Assembly: GCA_963699255.1 (NCBI GenBank) | Contig: OY969425.1 | Span: 1,590,001-1,622,000 of the forward strand | Length of the DNA: 32,000 bases | Direction of reading: 5' to 3' | From: an uncultured bacterium | GTDB taxonomy: Bacteria > Margulisbacteria > WOR-1 > CAVSGV01 | Shown here: positions 31,332-32,000 of the stretch, piece by piece | Position numbering within the stretch: position 1 is the first letter of the stretch | Layout: every line of letters begins with the position of its first letter | The notes under the pieces: generated by a model | What the model saw: the letters and a program-made list of their open reading frames with translations, nothing else | Told to the model about the DNA's origin: nothing | The model's database searches: none | Made by a program: the position numbers and the translations under genes

Positions 31332-32000
31332 ATGGTAAATATTATTAAATGTTCTGTAGCCGCTCTTTGTCTCTTTGCGGTGATGGCATCCACATCACAG
31401 GCAGAAACAAAGCTTAACGTGGTCACCACTACGCCCGACCTGGCCGTTATCGTTTCCGAGGTCGGAGGAAACTATGTTTCCGTTCAATCTCTCGCAAAAG
31501 GCACGCAGGATCCCCACTTTCTGGAGGCAAAGCCTTCTTTCATGGTAAAGGTGAACCGCGCGGACTTGGTCGTTTCGACCGGCCTTGAGCTTGAGATAGG
31601 CTGGCTGCCTCCCATACTGCAGGGGGCGAGGAACCCGAAAGTCATGCCGGGAAGCGCCGGTTATTTTGAGGCCGGCCCGTTCATAACGCCGATCGAAGTG
31701 CCGACGGCCAAGGTCACAAGGGCTGAAGGCGATATACATCCTTTTGGAAATCCGCATTTCATGCTTGATCCGATACGCGCGGGGCAGGTAGCTGTAGCTA
31801 TCGCTTCCCGTCTCGGCGAACTGGATGCGGACCATGCGGCTGTCTATAAGGAGAACGCTGAAAAACTAAAAGCTCGACTGGATAAAAAAACAAAGGGCTG
31901 GCAGGCAAGGATCAAGAAAGCTGGAGTGAACAAGATCATCACTTATCACAAGACGCTTAATTATTTCTGTGACCGGTTCGGCATAGATAATCCGATCAAC
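31332..32000 (+). CDS. ZnuA-like metal ABC transporter substrate-binding protein, 3' truncated by window end
   Basis: LNVVTTTPDLAVIVSEVGG, DPHFLEAKPSFMVKVNRADLVVSTGLELEIGWLP, GNPHFMLDPI; open to the window edge. Confidence 0.93.
   Translation, partial: MVNIIKCSVAALCLFAVMASTSQAETKLNVVTTTPDLAVIVSEVGGNYVSVQSLAKGTQDPHFLEAKPSFMVKVNRADLVVSTGLELEIGWLPPILQGARNPKVMPGSAGYFEAGPFITPIEVPTAKVTRAEGDIHPFGNPHFMLDPIRAGQVAVAIASRLGELDADHAAVYKENAEKLKARLDKKTKGWQARIKKAGVNKIITYHKTLNYFCDRFGIDNPIN

Overview
This 32 kb window looks like ordinary chromosomal DNA from an uncultivated, candidate-phylum-like bacterium. That lineage remark is an impression only. I found no rRNA, tRNA, CRISPR array, transposase or phage module.

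Left to right it contains:
- The 3' part of a WecA/TagO-like phosphoglycosyl transferase, then wecB.
- A complete F-type ATP synthase operon (atpZ/I-like, B, E, F, H, A, G, D, C).
- murA, ybeY, dgkA and pyrG.
- A divergent Fic-like protein (minus strand) and a flavodoxin-like protein.
- A Pho module: phoB/phoR-like two-component pair, porin, pstS, pstC, pstA, pstB, phoU.
- A DsrE-like gene.
- A minus-strand clpC with an McsA-like zinc finger fused at its N-terminus.
- trpB and trpA.
- A probable zinc/metal homeostasis cluster: permease, split DUF1980-type subunit, ZIP transporter, porin and ZnuA-like protein. Two near-identical His/Cys-rich small membrane protein genes bracket its transporter core.

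Main leads:
1. The duplicated HPLLHSHP...HDDCFACNW membrane proteins around the metal cluster.
2. The McsA-ClpC fusion.
3. Clustered frameshift/nonsense lesions in pstS, pstC and pstB.
4. A GC-rich palindrome inserted in frame within ybeY.
5. Intergenic hairpins that share a bulged-stem design, with one sequence-related pair about 18.6 kb apart.
6. A Fic-like protein whose catalytic His is replaced by Lys.
7. An ATP synthase c subunit with mixed Na+/H+ ligand residues.
8. A direct-repeat Pho-box-like motif with 11-nt periodicity.

None of these is proven to be a new system. The duplicated small-protein metal locus is the best candidate.
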